NCBI GenBank assembly: GCA_041659005.1
Contig: JBAZZD010000001.1
Location: 16,366-80,365 of the forward strand
DNA length: 64,000 nucleotides
Origin: Minisyncoccota bacterium
GTDB lineage: Bacteria; Patescibacteriota; Minisyncoccia; UBA6257; GWB1-50-10
Direction of reading: 5' to 3'
Shown here in pieces: positions 45,812-57,164 of the stretch (its first letter is position 1; every line of letters begins with the position of its first letter). The notes beneath the pieces were generated by a model. The model was not told the origin of the DNA and made no database searches. It saw nothing but the letters and a program-made list of their open reading frames with translations. The translations under genes were made by a program, and so were the position numbers.

Positions 45812-46618
45812 TTACTTTTGATTCAACACTTCTTCCATAGCCGTCTTGAATTGTTCCACGGGCATATATCCATTAAGTGGAAGATATTGTCCATTTGGAG
45901 CAATAACAACTGAGTATGGGGTTCCTTGAAGTCCTGAATTATTTCCATCATCAATATTTGTCTGAATTAATTTATCAAACTTTCCTGAGGTCAGACACTT
46001 TTTAAAATCCTCTTGATCAATCCCAACTTCTGTTGCAAATTTTGGAAGTAGCGTTAAATCAAGACCGTCATTTGATTTTGTTGATTCAAATATTTTATCA
46101 ACATAATTCCAAAATGCATTCTCTCCGCCCAAGTTCGCAGCACATTCTGTCGCAATTGCTTCCTGTTTTGCCTGTTTATGTAACGCGGCAAGCGGAAAAT
46201 TTCTCAAAATAAATTGAATTTTTCCTGGCATTTCTTTCATAACCTGTTTCAATACGAGATGATATTCTTTGCAATATGGACACTCAAGATCAGTGAACCC
46301 AATAATTTTTATCGGTGCGCTATCTGGCCCAAGTTTGTGGTCCTTATCCGAAATTGGTCTCACATTTTTTGGCAATCGTTCGCTTGCCACATTTGGATTT
46401 TTTGCCTCATTTCCCACAACATTGTTTTCTTCGTTATTATTTCCAGTCTGTTTCCCTGCATTAAAAAATACCGCCCCCGCAATTAATGCGGCAGCAATAA
46501 GAATACTTGCGGGAAGTAAATAATCTTTATTTTTTTTCGTTTCTTTATGTTCTTCGTGTTCCATAGAAATAATTATAATATATATGACTTCTAATGCAAT
46601 AAAAGATTTTTTTATCAT
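45812..46618 (-). CDS. DsbA-family thiol-disulfide oxidoreductase
   Basis: TM anchor, DLECPYCK, RNFPL, GTP cis-Pro loop; true start probably MEHEEH. Confidence 0.9.
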   Translation of the reverse strand: MIKKSFIALEVIYIIIISMEHEEHKETKKNKDYLLPASILIAAALIAGAVFFNAGKQTGNNNEENNVVGNEAKNPNVASERLPKNVRPISDKDHKLGPDSAPIKIIGFTDLECPYCKEYHLVLKQVMKEMPGKIQFILRNFPLAALHKQAKQEAIATECAANLGGENAFWNYVDKIFESTKSNDGLDLTLLPKFATEVGIDQEDFKKCLTSGKFDKLIQTNIDDGNNSGLQGTPYSVVIAPNGQYLPLNGYMPVEQFKTAMEEVLNQK

Positions 46619-46695
46619 CTACATTAAATTCAAAATATTGACAAGTTCCTCAGTTCGTTCTATTATAGAATTATCATTAATAAAAGGGAGGCAAA

Positions 46696-47094
46696 ATGCC
46701 TACTAAAAAGTTTTATTCATATAATTTTATGAATAATGTTCCAGCAAACGAATTAAAAAACAGCGCATCGGTATTCATGAATGTCCCACTCTCTAACTTT
46801 AAAAGAAGTGCGGGTTGCGCGCATGGAAGTGCTGAAAATCTACAAGAATCCGACATTGGGAAAAAATTTGATGTCGAAATATTGGATCCGGTAAAAATTG
46901 GAATTTGCACGCTAGTTGGTTTTGGATTTGATGCAATTCCAGATCCTAAATTTAGAGAAGTGTGTAAAGAAGCATCCAAAGAAGGAGACAATCCGTTTTT
47001 TGGACACCTTGTCCCAATATTTATCCAAGAAAACGAAGGGAAACAAACAATTATTGCAGTAAAAGCAATATTTTGTGATGCGACTCCGAAATAA
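46696..47094 (+). CDS. Hypothetical protein
   Basis: RBS gggagg; upstream ttgaca and -10-like sequences; terminator hairpin at about 47112-47135. Confidence 0.7.
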   Translation: MPTKKFYSYNFMNNVPANELKNSASVFMNVPLSNFKRSAGCAHGSAENLQESDIGKKFDVEILDPVKIGICTLVGFGFDAIPDPKFREVCKEASKEGDNPFFGHLVPIFIQENEGKQTIIAVKAIFCDATPK

Positions 47095-47160
47095 AGAAAA
47101 AATCAAATCACATCCCCCGCTTCCGCGGGGATTTTTATTTTATTTCCTTCTTATAAAATA

Positions 47161-47198
47161 TGATAACAGTTACCAACGGCCGTTGGTAACTGTTATCA
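47161..47198. repeat. 38-bp perfect palindrome (family copy 1)
   Basis: tgataacagttaccaacgg|ccgttggtaactgttatca. Confidence 0.95.
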
Positions 47199-47251
47199 GC
47201 CCTACTCTTAGGTAGACACTTCCGCTCAGAATCAATGAGATTGCTGTCTAA

Positions 47252-50200
47252 TTATTTTTTTCCGATTTTTATCCACCATTCGTGCGGAGATTGGCTTGTT
47301 TCGGTATATGAGCATGTTCCGCTACACGCTTCATTCTTCCCTGGACCAATTCCCCACCCTGCTCGCCCAATAGTTGGAGTATCCGTGTTCTTACTCGCAA
47401 TTTTCCACCCCATATCGGTTCCTCGATAAGCCCCAGGCACGTCAAGCCCAAACCAATATGGAACTTCTGGATCAAGTGTTATTGGATTTTCAAAACTAAG
47501 TATGACCTCGGTGCCCTGATCAATTGAAGTATAATTTCCGATCTGAGCTTTTCCGATAACCGTATCAAAATCAGGAAGTCCAGATGGAAACGACGGATAC
47601 ATAATCAGTCGTAATCCAGAGTCGTACACACTATGTTTCCACGTCTTTAGGCCAACCACATCAAATGTTGTTGTTGAATGCACCAATATATTTTGATATT
47701 CTGCCTCATCATTATCAGTATTATATGCGGGTGAATTTCCTGCGTGATATTTATAATCATCTGATTCAGTTTGGGATATGAGAACAGTTGGAGCTACTAG
47801 CCCAATACTTTCGCTAACGATTTCTGAATAATTTCCATCAGTATCTTTCGCGCGAATATGCGCATACGTCGGAAATTCCATTCCGGTAATAAATGATGTG
47901 GTTGTGTTTCCTCCAACATCTTTCCACACAAGAGAACTTGTGGCAGTTGACGAAGAAATCGCAACATCATTTACTAACCCCCCATCTCTTGAATCTAAAT
48001 CGATTGGATTATTCCATTGTAACGTTATAGAAGATTTATTTGTTGTATATTCTGATTGAATTGGTCCATTGGAAACAGGATTTTCCCCTTTATTTTCTTC
48101 TGAATTAAAATAGTATCGCGTTGCATCACGAGTTATTGGATTAAAATATCGTTCCGACGCCGTAAGATCCAATGAATAAAATGCAAATGTTACATAATCA
48201 CTTGGCAAAAACTGCATTTGTCCCTCTGGCAGAACTGGTTTTAAAATAATCACATTATCTTCGGTATAATTTATGCTGTAATTTCCTGATCCTGGCCCGT
48301 ATCCAAGACAATTTCCGGCTCCTCCTGGGAATACCACATCTTTTGTCTGCGACTCATATCCATGACATCCAGGAAATCTAAGCGTGAGCGTATCGGGTAA
48401 ATTTTCAAATTCTTTTGTTTGTCCAGTAAGCTCTGCGTCTTTATTAAAGTACACCACTAATTTTCGTTCATGATTCTGGTCATTAAAATCAGGTATGAAC
48501 GGATATTGTTCTGTGGTTAATTCAATAATTGGTTCACTATTTCGCGTTCCAAAATATACCTGACCCACATAACTTGGTACTGAAATAGAAATGTCTACAG
48601 GAGCGGAACACGCATAATCACGATCGCACGCCTTTAATTGAAATGAATAGTCTTTTCCAACATACAGAGGAACATATGAAAATGTGGTTGAAGCGGTATG
48701 TACAATTTGCGTTGTGCTTGTACCAGAAACCAGCGTGACATCATACCACGCACCATTTCCCTCACTATCCGTTGACGTGCTCCACGAAAAATTAATTACA
48801 TTGCTATTTTGAATATATTCAGCGTATGTCTCTTTTCCATTTTGTTTTTCAGGGGGCGGTGGGGCATCACGTGGCTCGATCATGCTTGCACCATTTTGTG
48901 GAGTTGGATTATCTCGTACTTCAAAATCCGAATGCATAAGTTCCGTGTCGCATGCATTTCCTTGAAATTCTCCCGAACCATTTGTGATTGCAGAGGCACA
49001 CATATTTCCATTCCACGCACGTCGCTCAAGTGACTTTCCATTTGATAAATCAAAGTCTTTGTAATTTACAAAATCAACAACATCAACATCATTTACTGAC
49101 TCAATTTTCTCGTCATTTTTTACCAAAAATACGAGTCCGCCAGTTTGCGCACTAGACATTGAAAATGTGCGATGGGAAAGATCGGGCGTGGTTGATGCAC
49201 TATATCCATCGTCTCCATTAACACTTAGTCCACGCGCGATAAGAAAATATACTTCTCCACGAATTGAGGAGGATGCAATAAAATTTTTCTTAGAAACCGT
49301 CTCGGGTGTTATTTCCTCTGCTAATCCAGACGCATATTGAATTGACCATCCAGTCATATCAATGGTGCTTGTGCTTGGATTGTATAGCTCAATAAATTCA
49401 TCCCCCGCATCTACTCCTCCATACTGAATTTCAGAAATTACTATGTGATCAGCTTTCCTCCCCCCCGCTTGGTTCTATTGATACCGTAGTAGTCGCAAGT
49501 GTATATTCATCTTCATTGTCATACACGCTAACTTCAGCGATATAAGTTCCAACAGTAGAATAGGTATGCTCTGTTGTGTTTATCACCGACGTAAATTCTG
49601 TCTCATCGCCAAATTTCCATATATATTTTTCAATTATTCCATCGGGATCAGTTGAAGATGCAAACAGTGTTACCACATCGCGTTCCTTTGGTTCGCCTGG
49701 GGTAAATGAGAATTCAACAATTGGTTTTTGATTTGTATGTGGCGGAGTATATTTATTTTCTTCTCCTGGTGTTGGCGTTGACGGATACCAAGAATTCGCA
49801 ATCTTCTGTAATGAATTTCCATCGCCATTCGCACCATACGAACTAAAATATTCTGCCTCTCCTAAATTGCGAACATTTCCAAACATCGCAAGTGTATCGC
49901 GAGTATTTGAAAGGGCCATGGCGCTTTTCCACAACGAACCAACATAATTGGGGAAATTTTCTAAAAATTTCTCTGGCGAATTCGCAATAACTCCATATTC
50001 ATGTGACACAAGAACATCATTCCCACGCCATAACGAGAGGGCATGCTTTTGTCCTGATTCTACAAACCGAAGATTCTTTATTGTCACCGTTGAAGTTCCC
50101 GAGTTATATATTTCTACCCATTCACTCCCCGTATCACTTCCCACCGCATTATACATAATCTCCGTGATATCAATTTTTACGTTTGGATATTCGTCAGTCA

Positions 50201-51731
50201 CAACATATGCGCCACCAGAACCGCCGCTTGATGCCGCTCGCGTAGTTGTATTACCTGCTGTCTGCGTTGACGTCGCGACGGTCGTAGTGGTGATGGTCGT
50301 CGTTGTAATTGTTGTGGTTGTGATTATCTGCTGAGCTGCCTCAGTTGTTGTCGCAATAAATTCAGATCGAATTGGTCTTTCAAAAACTACTTCTTGTTGT
50401 GGTTGTATTTCTAATTGTGTCTGCATCTCCTGTTGTTCTTCTGGTTGCTCTACCAACTCCACATTATTTTCTTTATTTACCAATTCTTCGTTTGTGTTAT
50501 CTATTATTATTTCTGGAATAATTGTTTCACTATCAGAAACAACCAAATTAGATGACGCATCATTTTTTGTCTTTTGTTGAGGATCTCCACTTATGAGCGA
50601 AATGATTGCGTCAGAAACGGTTCCAAATAATTCCGCAACCGCATTAAATGCGCGCCCCGCCTCACCAATAAATGAAAATGCTGGCGTACGAAATGCATGC
50701 CGATCAATTCCTAAAATATGTGGTGCGAACTCATTCGCAATTTTCTGATCCTCCCCCTGCTTCAAAAATAATTCAATTACTCCCGCGCCGCCCTGAACTG
50801 CTTTTGATGCAAGCCGAGAAAAATATGAACCGAGAATAATTTTACTTTCAGAAAAAATTAATTCCTTTTTTAGTGAAACGGTATCGCTATTTTTTCTTTT
50901 AACCTCGGCTATTTTGAATTTTTCTCCCTTTTCATTAATCACATATGCATAATTTCCATCAGTATTAACAACTTTCGGATTTTCATATTTTGGATCGTTA
51001 ATCGTATCTTTTGAAAAGAAATATTTATTTGAGTATTCCGCCATTGCACCTAACGAATCCTGAATTGTCGCGAACGAAACTACTGGCTTTCCTTCTTTTA
51101 TAAGCACCTCGGGAATATGTAAATTTTTAATTGAACTACTATTCCACACAACAGCGTACGCCTCATAGGGAGAGCCCTCGTCTCCCGTCACTTCCTTGAG
51201 TGGCGCATGTGAATCATTCCGCGTATGATCGGGCATCGCCATATCTTCGAACAAGTGAAGCGCATGTCCCAATGCTTTCATTGCTGCTTCTCTGTCGTTT
51301 TTTGCATATGCTTGAAGTCCAGTTCTCCACGAATTGTCTCCTCCATATCGCACATAATCATACTGCGCCAGGTCGTTCACCGCCCATTCAGGTACCGAAA
51401 GTGGCTCTCGCGAGATAATCCCCACACGAGCAAATGCTTGTGTTGCAAGTGCTGGAGTATCCCCTTGGTGTTCCCCTGTCCATCCCTCATTTCTCACAGG
51501 ATCATAAAAATGATTCACCCATCGAGGTGTAATGTCCTCATTTTTACTTCCTTCAATAATCAGTTTCTGATCACTTTCAGAAATTTTTGTGTCAGGATGC
51601 GTGAGATTATAAAATCTCAAAATTTCCTGAGTGAGTGCAGGATGAGTAGTGTCGTCGTCATACGCAAATACAGAAGGTACTGAGCACAGAAATATTCCCA
51701 AGAAAACAAACAAAGTTTTCCTAAAATTCAT
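47252..51731 (-). pseudogene. Large secreted protein (Zn phospholipase C/P1-nuclease-like, lamin-tail, PKD, lamin-tail, Fn3-like domains) split by a frameshift at a G7 tract
   Basis: ORFs 49449..51731 and 47252..49357 join if one G is removed at 49460-49466, giving ...SGGRKADHIVISEIQYGGVDAGDEFIELYNPSTSTIDMTGW. Confidence 0.8.
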
Positions 51732-51746
51732 TGTTGTGTAATTAAA

Positions 51747-52265
51747 TTAGATTTCTATAATTTTCCAAATTCCGTTCGGATACAGTTTCAAATTTAAAAG
51801 TATATCTCCATTGAAACCAAATCGCTGATTCTCTTGAGAATAAATTCCATCATTATTCAAAATCTTTTTGATTTCCGAAATATATATATTTACTTCTTGT
51901 TTCTCTGATTTTTTTAGTTTTTCTAGCTCTTTCTGTTGTCTTGTCCCAATAAAATACTTACTCGCAAGTTCATAGTCCCCTTTTTCAACTGCAGAAATAT
52001 AGAGAGAAAGTGTCTCCTGTGGAGTCTTCCCACCATAAGTATCTTTCATCGCCTCTTCATAATCCGCTTTTTGAATATCAAGAATCACTTGGTTTAGCTG
52101 ATCCACTGCCCGCATGTTCTGCCATCTATCATATTCAGCGAGTAAAAAGATCACAGCAACAACTGTAATGATAATCAGTATAAAAATCACAAATTTCCGC
52201 ACTGCTTTTGTAGATTGTGAAGGTTGTGGGAGGGGTTGAAGTATTTTTTGTATTTCTGGATTCAT
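51747..52265 (-). CDS. Membrane-anchored hypothetical protein
   Basis: TM; DTYGGKTPQETL..YI.AV..GDYELASKYF...WKI. Confidence 0.75.
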   Translation of the reverse strand: MNPEIQKILQPLPQPSQSTKAVRKFVIFILIIITVVAVIFLLAEYDRWQNMRAVDQLNQVILDIQKADYEEAMKDTYGGKTPQETLSLYISAVEKGDYELASKYFIGTRQQKELEKLKKSEKQEVNIYISEIKKILNNDGIYSQENQRFGFNGDILLNLKLYPNGIWKIIEI

Positions 52266-52271
52266 AAAAAG

Positions 52272-52517
52272 TTATTTGTTAGTTTGTTCCTCGCTTGCCA
52301 TCGGAAGAAACTGAGTTGTGCGCGTATCATTTAATACATTATCAATTTTTGCCTGTTGATTTTGCTCATACACAGAAATTGAATAAAGCCCCGTTATCGC
52401 AAACGAAACGATTCCCAAAAATCCAATAACAAAATACCAATACGCGGATCTGCGATGATGGTTAAGATCAAGTGTATTCACACTTGGAAGTTGTGGAGGA
52501 ATAATAAAAGTTTCCAT
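52272..52517 (-). CDS. Small membrane protein
   Basis: 81 aa, single TM, co-oriented with downstream genes. Confidence 0.6.
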   Translation of the reverse strand: METFIIPPQLPSVNTLDLNHHRRSAYWYFVIGFLGIVSFAITGLYSISVYEQNQQAKIDNVLNDTRTTQFLPMASEEQTNK

Positions 52518-52619
52518 AAAAAACGAACACGATTTACATGTTCGTTGTTCTTTCTTATTTTTATTGTATCAAAAAAAATATTTCATTTTTTATTATTCCT
52601 GTGGATAACTTAGGACTCG

Positions 52620-52725
52620 CAAAGATTGTAAACTTTTTTGAGCCCGCTCCATATATCGACAAGCCGACTTGTCGATATATAGGCCGCTTGGCCAAGTCCT
52701 AGTCTCAAAAAAATTTACAATCTTT
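52620..52725. repeat. Nested inverted repeats
   Basis: Outer aaagattgtaaacttttttgag / ctcaaaaaaatttacaatcttt; inner atatatcgacaag-ccga-cttgtcgatatat (52651-52680). Confidence 0.8.
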
Positions 52726-52949
52726 TCTCGTTGGGGAAAATGGAGACTTGGGGATTTAGTCTCCTTACGCAGAAATATTTGCTCATTTTAAAAAAAGAAA
52801 AAATCTTAGTCTCCAAAAATCTATAACCCTCTCTCGTTTGTAAGGTAAAGATTTTATAATTCAATCTCCTCATCAAATCTGTTGAAGTCCGACTTCAACA
52901 GATTGTCTCAATAGATCGGAAAGTAATAAAAAGACCCCATAGCGAGGTC

Positions 52950-53426
52950 TTACTCTTTATTAGCACCGAGAGATATGAGTTCCGAGAATAAATCCATTGA
53001 TGTTCGTCCTTCAACTTTAGAGACAAGAGATGAATCAACTTCGCGCTCGTTCCAAGTAAGCGACGTTGGTCCTCCCATAACGTCCATAACAGTGGAAATT
53101 CCACGCTCCTCATCAGTTCTTAGGAGAACACCAATCGCATAGACATTAGGAGCAATTGGCCACCGCACTACTTGTCTCCCCTTCAATGCATCGGGAAACA
53201 TTTCCTGAATAAACGCTTTTTTTATTATATGTTTCTTAATTTTCTTCAATAATTCCTTTAGAAAGCCGGTCGCCATAATAATTGGAATCACGAGAAGAAT
53301 CTTAAAAATAAAATTGTCCGTAATAATTCCCAATGGACCCGAAATAATATTCCAAAAAAGATAGATGAGTGCCACCATTATCCATGGAACTAACCCACCT
53401 CGAAAATATCTAATTAAAATTTTCAT
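52950..53426 (-). CDS. Membrane protein, divergent DUF502-like
   Basis: RYFRGGL, two TMs, VV.WP...YAIG, PTS, ELISLG. Confidence 0.55.
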   Translation of the reverse strand: MKILIRYFRGGLVPWIMVALIYLFWNIISGPLGIITDNFIFKILLVIPIIMATGFLKELLKKIKKHIIKKAFIQEMFPDALKGRQVVRWPIAPNVYAIGVLLRTDEERGISTVMDVMGGPTSLTWNEREVDSSLVSKVEGRTSMDLFSELISLGANKE

Positions 53427-53515
53427 CGTTCTACACTCCTTTCAATTTTTAAAATGCTGTGCATACTATGCATTTTATTTGATAAATATGCAAATTAGGG
53501 TAGTATGAAAGCGTT

Positions 53516-54841
53516 ATGGGAATTCACAAAAAATCCCTTCTCCTCATTGGGGATATCATCGTGCTCTATATAGCACTTGCGGGTACACTCCTCGTTCGAT
53601 ATCGCAATATCGGCCTATTTAAAGAGAACTGGAGCCTACACATCGCCCCATTCTCCATAATCTTCATCCTGTGGATCATTGTGTTTTACTGGACCGATCT
53701 CTACCGCTATAAAGCGTTCAGGAGCCGCGAATGGCTACTAAAGGCACTATCAGGCGGGATTATACTCTCAGCAGGACTTTCAATAATTTTCTTCTATCTA
53801 TTTCCTACCGTTTTTGGAGTCATGCCAAAAACAAACCTCCTTATTTTTAGTGCTGTTTCTTTTTTTCTTTTGTATTTTTGGCGAATGCGCATTCGAACGT
53901 TATTCGTAAAAAATGCAGCAAACACTATTGTGCTCGGTAATACCCCACTCCTTTCTTCCACTGTTCAATTTTTAAAAGAAAACCCACAAATCGGATTTAA
54001 CGTTACCGAATGGATTCAGGTAGTAACAAAAGAAGCACTTGAATCTCTCCCAACAAAAATAACACAAACTGATTCGCATCTTATTGTTGTACAAAAAAAC
54101 GCATTAACCGATCCAAAAACACTTTCAGCACTCTATAAACTTCTTCCACTTGAAACATCCGTAATGACTTTTTCAAATTTTTACGAAGCGGTTTTTGAAA
54201 AGGAACCAATAGAAGAACTCAACGAAAGCTGGTTCATTGAACACATCACCGTTCGCAGACCACTCTACGATATGGTAAAACGCACAACTGACATTGTTGC
54301 CGCAATTATGATGATTATTATTTTCATTCTCCCATCCATATTTATCGCATTATTTATAAAACTCTCATCGAGTGGGAAAATTATTTATTCACAAATACGC
54401 ATAGGAAAAAATAATATTCCATTCACACTCTACAAATTTAGGAGTATGCGGGCAGATGCCGAAAAAGATGGCGCACAATGGTCAAAAGAAAATGACAATC
54501 GCACTACAAAAATTGGAAAATTTTTACGATACACACATCTTGATGAACTTCCACAAACATGGAATATACTCCGCGGAGATATCTCGCTTGTTGGCCCTCG
54601 TCCTGAACGCCCAGAATTTACTAAAACACTTGAAAAAGAAATTCCGTTTTACAACATTCGCCACATCATCCGCCCAGGATTCACCGGACACGCACAGGTA
54701 AATTATCGTTATGGCGCATCGGTAGAAGATTCAAAAGAAAAGCTCGCATACGACATTTATTACATAAAACATCGCTCAACTATTACCGACAATTTCATTG
54801 TCCTCAAAACAGTGAAAATGATATTCGTAAAACTTATTTAA
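53516..54841 (+). CDS. Priming polyprenyl-phosphate sugar transferase (WcaJ/WbaP family)
   Basis: KFRSM, R.TKIGKFLR...LDELPQ..N.L.GDISLVGPRPE, D.YYI. Confidence 0.93.
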   Translation: MGIHKKSLLLIGDIIVLYIALAGTLLVRYRNIGLFKENWSLHIAPFSIIFILWIIVFYWTDLYRYKAFRSREWLLKALSGGIILSAGLSIIFFYLFPTVFGVMPKTNLLIFSAVSFFLLYFWRMRIRTLFVKNAANTIVLGNTPLLSSTVQFLKENPQIGFNVTEWIQVVTKEALESLPTKITQTDSHLIVVQKNALTDPKTLSALYKLLPLETSVMTFSNFYEAVFEKEPIEELNESWFIEHITVRRPLYDMVKRTTDIVAAIMMIIIFILPSIFIALFIKLSSSGKIIYSQIRIGKNNIPFTLYKFRSMRADAEKDGAQWSKENDNRTTKIGKFLRYTHLDELPQTWNILRGDISLVGPRPERPEFTKTLEKEIPFYNIRHIIRPGFTGHAQVNYRYGASVEDSKEKLAYDIYYIKHRSTITDNFIVLKTVKMIFVKLI

Positions 54842-54872
54842 AAATATTTCAATAAAGTCTTATATCCCAAAA

Positions 54873-54910
54873 TGATAACAGTTACCAACGACCGTCGGTA
54901 ACTGTTATCA
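54873..54910. repeat. 38-bp palindrome (family copy 2)
   Basis: tgataacagttaccaacgaccgtcggtaactgttatca. Confidence 0.95.
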
Positions 54911-54924
54911 TTTAGCATTAATGT

Positions 54925-55518
54925 TTATTTAGTTACTGTCCCTCGTTTTGTTACCTCAAATACATGAACGTAATTAAATATTCCTAAGTCATAAAGATCC
55001 TCGATGAAATTTTTGGGGATTTTTTTATTTCCAATCCATACACTTTGCTGTAAAAGCGAAAACCCCATTTCCTTTAACGTCTCGCGGATCCAACTCCGTT
55101 TTTCTTTTATCTTCTCTGGTATATCAAATGCAACAATAGTATAATTTTTCTGATTCTCACATAAATATTCCCTTGGTTTTTTCTTTCGTATTTCCTTTAT
55201 TGAGTCCCTTCCATCCCCCGACAGTTTCCACTTCTTGCTTTTTCGTTCTACGAGTCCCTGTTTTTCAAGGCTAAGAAGTACGTTATAAAACGAAATTTTT
55301 GTATTCCTCGGTATTTTTATCTCTTTTTTATTTTTTATAGGAACTCCAAAATAAGCATGGGCATAACGATTATGCATATCAGTCGGATTGAGGAAAATAT
55401 TTGCGAAAATTTCAGCAGTAGAAAATGCACCCTCCTTCAAAACTTCTAAGACGAGGTGTGACTTCGTTCCCCATCTTTTTTTCTTTTTTATTGAAATTAA
55501 TTTTTTATCCATAATCAT
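54925..55518 (-). CDS. PaaX-like regulator (winged HTH plus Cas2-like domain)
   Basis: L..LEKQGLVE...WKLS..G (wHTH); IVAFDIPE..KEKR.WIR..L...GF..LQQSVW. Confidence 0.85.
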   Translation of the reverse strand: MIMDKKLISIKKKKRWGTKSHLVLEVLKEGAFSTAEIFANIFLNPTDMHNRYAHAYFGVPIKNKKEIKIPRNTKISFYNVLLSLEKQGLVERKSKKWKLSGDGRDSIKEIRKKKPREYLCENQKNYTIVAFDIPEKIKEKRSWIRETLKEMGFSLLQQSVWIGNKKIPKNFIEDLYDLGIFNYVHVFEVTKRGTVTK

Positions 55519-55552
55519 TTTCTTTGTTTTCTTTATTTCAGTATACCACAGG

Positions 55553-55590
55553 TGATAACAGTTACCGACGACCGTCGGTAACTGTTATCA
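55553..55590. repeat. 38-bp palindrome (family copy 3), overlapping the predicted promoter of the PaaX-like gene
   Basis: tgataacagttaccgacgaccgtcggtaactgttatca; extended -10 TGgTATACT on the minus strand at 55540-55548. Confidence 0.93.
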
Positions 55591-55695
55591 CCCCCTGTTG
55601 TGTATATATTAATTAATTTTTTATGAAGAATAAACAAGAATCAGATAAAGCAAGGGTGGAATTTTAGAGAAAAATAGGTACAATGGGATATATCT

Positions 55696-57156
55696 ATGAT
55701 ACCGAAGATTAAGTCATTCCTTTTTGAAAACAAGACAGAGGCACAAACAATTGCAAAAAACACCTTTTGGCTTACATTCGGAATGATCGTGAGCCGTTCT
55801 ATTCGAGCAATAATGATCATGTACGCCGCTCGAGTCCTTGGAACTGAAGGATACGGTGTTTTTTCATACGCACTCAGTTTTGCCGGACTTTTTGGTGTAT
55901 TTTCTGATATGGGGCTCTCTGGAATTCTCACAAGACAAGCCGTCCAAGAACCAGAAAAAATAAAAACATATATTTCGACCACGTTTTTTCTTAAACTTAT
56001 TGCACTTGTTGTTACTATATTTATCACTATCTTCATTGGACCTTACCTTACCAATGTTAAGGGGATTCAAGAACTTCTCATCGTGGTAAGTGCGCTTCTT
56101 GCATTTGACTCGCTTCGTGGATTTGCGTTTTCTATCGCACGAGCAAAAAATAAAATGCAAATTGAGTCTGGCGCAAATGTCCTCACCGATGGACTCATTA
56201 CCCTCTTAGGAATTCTCGCGTTATTTTTATATCCATCAGCAAAATTTCTTGCATATGGATACACAATGGGTGTAGTTCTGGGGACCACAATAACATTTTT
56301 TATTCTTCATAAAGATTTTTCAGGAATCTTCAATCATTTCAATAAAGAAACTGCAAAACTTGTACTTCGTAGTTCATGGCCATTTGCGCTTATGGGGCTT
56401 TTTGGCGGACTGATGATTAACATAGACGTACTTGTCATTGGATGGTTTCGAACTGCGCATGATTTAGGACTGTACGGAGCCGCGCAACGACCAATTGTGT
56501 TTTTATATGTGCTTCCTTCATTATTTGCCGCAAGCATTTTCCCAATTATAAGTCGCTACGTAAAGGAAAAAAAAACTGATTTGATAAAACGAATGATAGA
56601 AAAATCCATTTCCATTTCAATGATGTTTGCATTTCCTCTTCTTGTTGGAGGCGTTATCGTTGGGGTTCCGCTTACAGTATTTATCTTTGGGGGCGCATTC
56701 ATTGATGCATCATCACCATTTCAAATATTACTTCTCACCGTACCGTTAGTATTTGCCGGTTCAATTATGGGAAATGTATTGTTTGCGCACAACAAACAAA
56801 AAACATTTATTGTTGGATACGGACTTGGCGCACTTGCAAATATTGTGCTTGATCTTATTCTTATACCTCCTTATGGCGTAACCGGTTCAGCATTCGCAAC
56901 TCTTGTTTCTCAAATTTTCTCCAATGGATGGCTTTGGCTTAATATGCAAAAAACAATTCCGTTTTCTTTGTTTCCGCATATAAAAAAAATCATAATCGCA
57001 TCTATTGGAATGGGAATTGTGTGTTTTCTCGTTTCCACACTTTCTCCTCATGTGCTTTTCACTATAGGAACGGGGGGCGCCGTATATCTTGGATTGCTTA
57101 TCTTACAAAAAGAGCCACTTTTACAAAAACTCAACCCAAAAATGTTAGTGGAGTAG
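55696..57156 (+). CDS. wzx: Wzx-type polysaccharide flippase
   Basis: AKNTFWL, ARVLG.EGYG, DMGL, G.YGAA, LIP.YG..G.A.AT; many TMs. Confidence 0.9.
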   Translation: MIPKIKSFLFENKTEAQTIAKNTFWLTFGMIVSRSIRAIMIMYAARVLGTEGYGVFSYALSFAGLFGVFSDMGLSGILTRQAVQEPEKIKTYISTTFFLKLIALVVTIFITIFIGPYLTNVKGIQELLIVVSALLAFDSLRGFAFSIARAKNKMQIESGANVLTDGLITLLGILALFLYPSAKFLAYGYTMGVVLGTTITFFILHKDFSGIFNHFNKETAKLVLRSSWPFALMGLFGGLMINIDVLVIGWFRTAHDLGLYGAAQRPIVFLYVLPSLFAASIFPIISRYVKEKKTDLIKRMIEKSISISMMFAFPLLVGGVIVGVPLTVFIFGGAFIDASSPFQILLLTVPLVFAGSIMGNVLFAHNKQKTFIVGYGLGALANIVLDLILIPPYGVTGSAFATLVSQIFSNGWLWLNMQKTIPFSLFPHIKKIIIASIGMGIVCFLVSTLSPHVLFTIGTGGAVYLGLLILQKEPLLQKLNPKMLVE

Positions 57157-57164
57157 TAATCATA

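Noticed and set aside
49449-49451. TGA readthrough (genetic code 25) joining the two large ORFs
   Set aside because: The downstream ORF is in a different frame, another in-frame TGA follows within six codons, and other genes (e.g. engB) end normally at TGA
50270-50325. Thr-rich low-complexity tract
   Set aside because: Ordinary linker with mixed codons, not a nucleotide-level tandem repeat
52600-52608. Replication origin from a DnaA box
   Set aside because: Only one perfect box seen and no dnaA/dnaN nearby
54925-55518. CRISPR-Cas locus suggested by the Cas2-like FDIPE...LQQSVW motif and nearby repeats
   Set aside because: No cas1 or effector genes and no repeat-spacer array; the palindromes are 0.7-7.7 kb apart and the protein has an N-terminal wHTH typical of PaaX-like regulators
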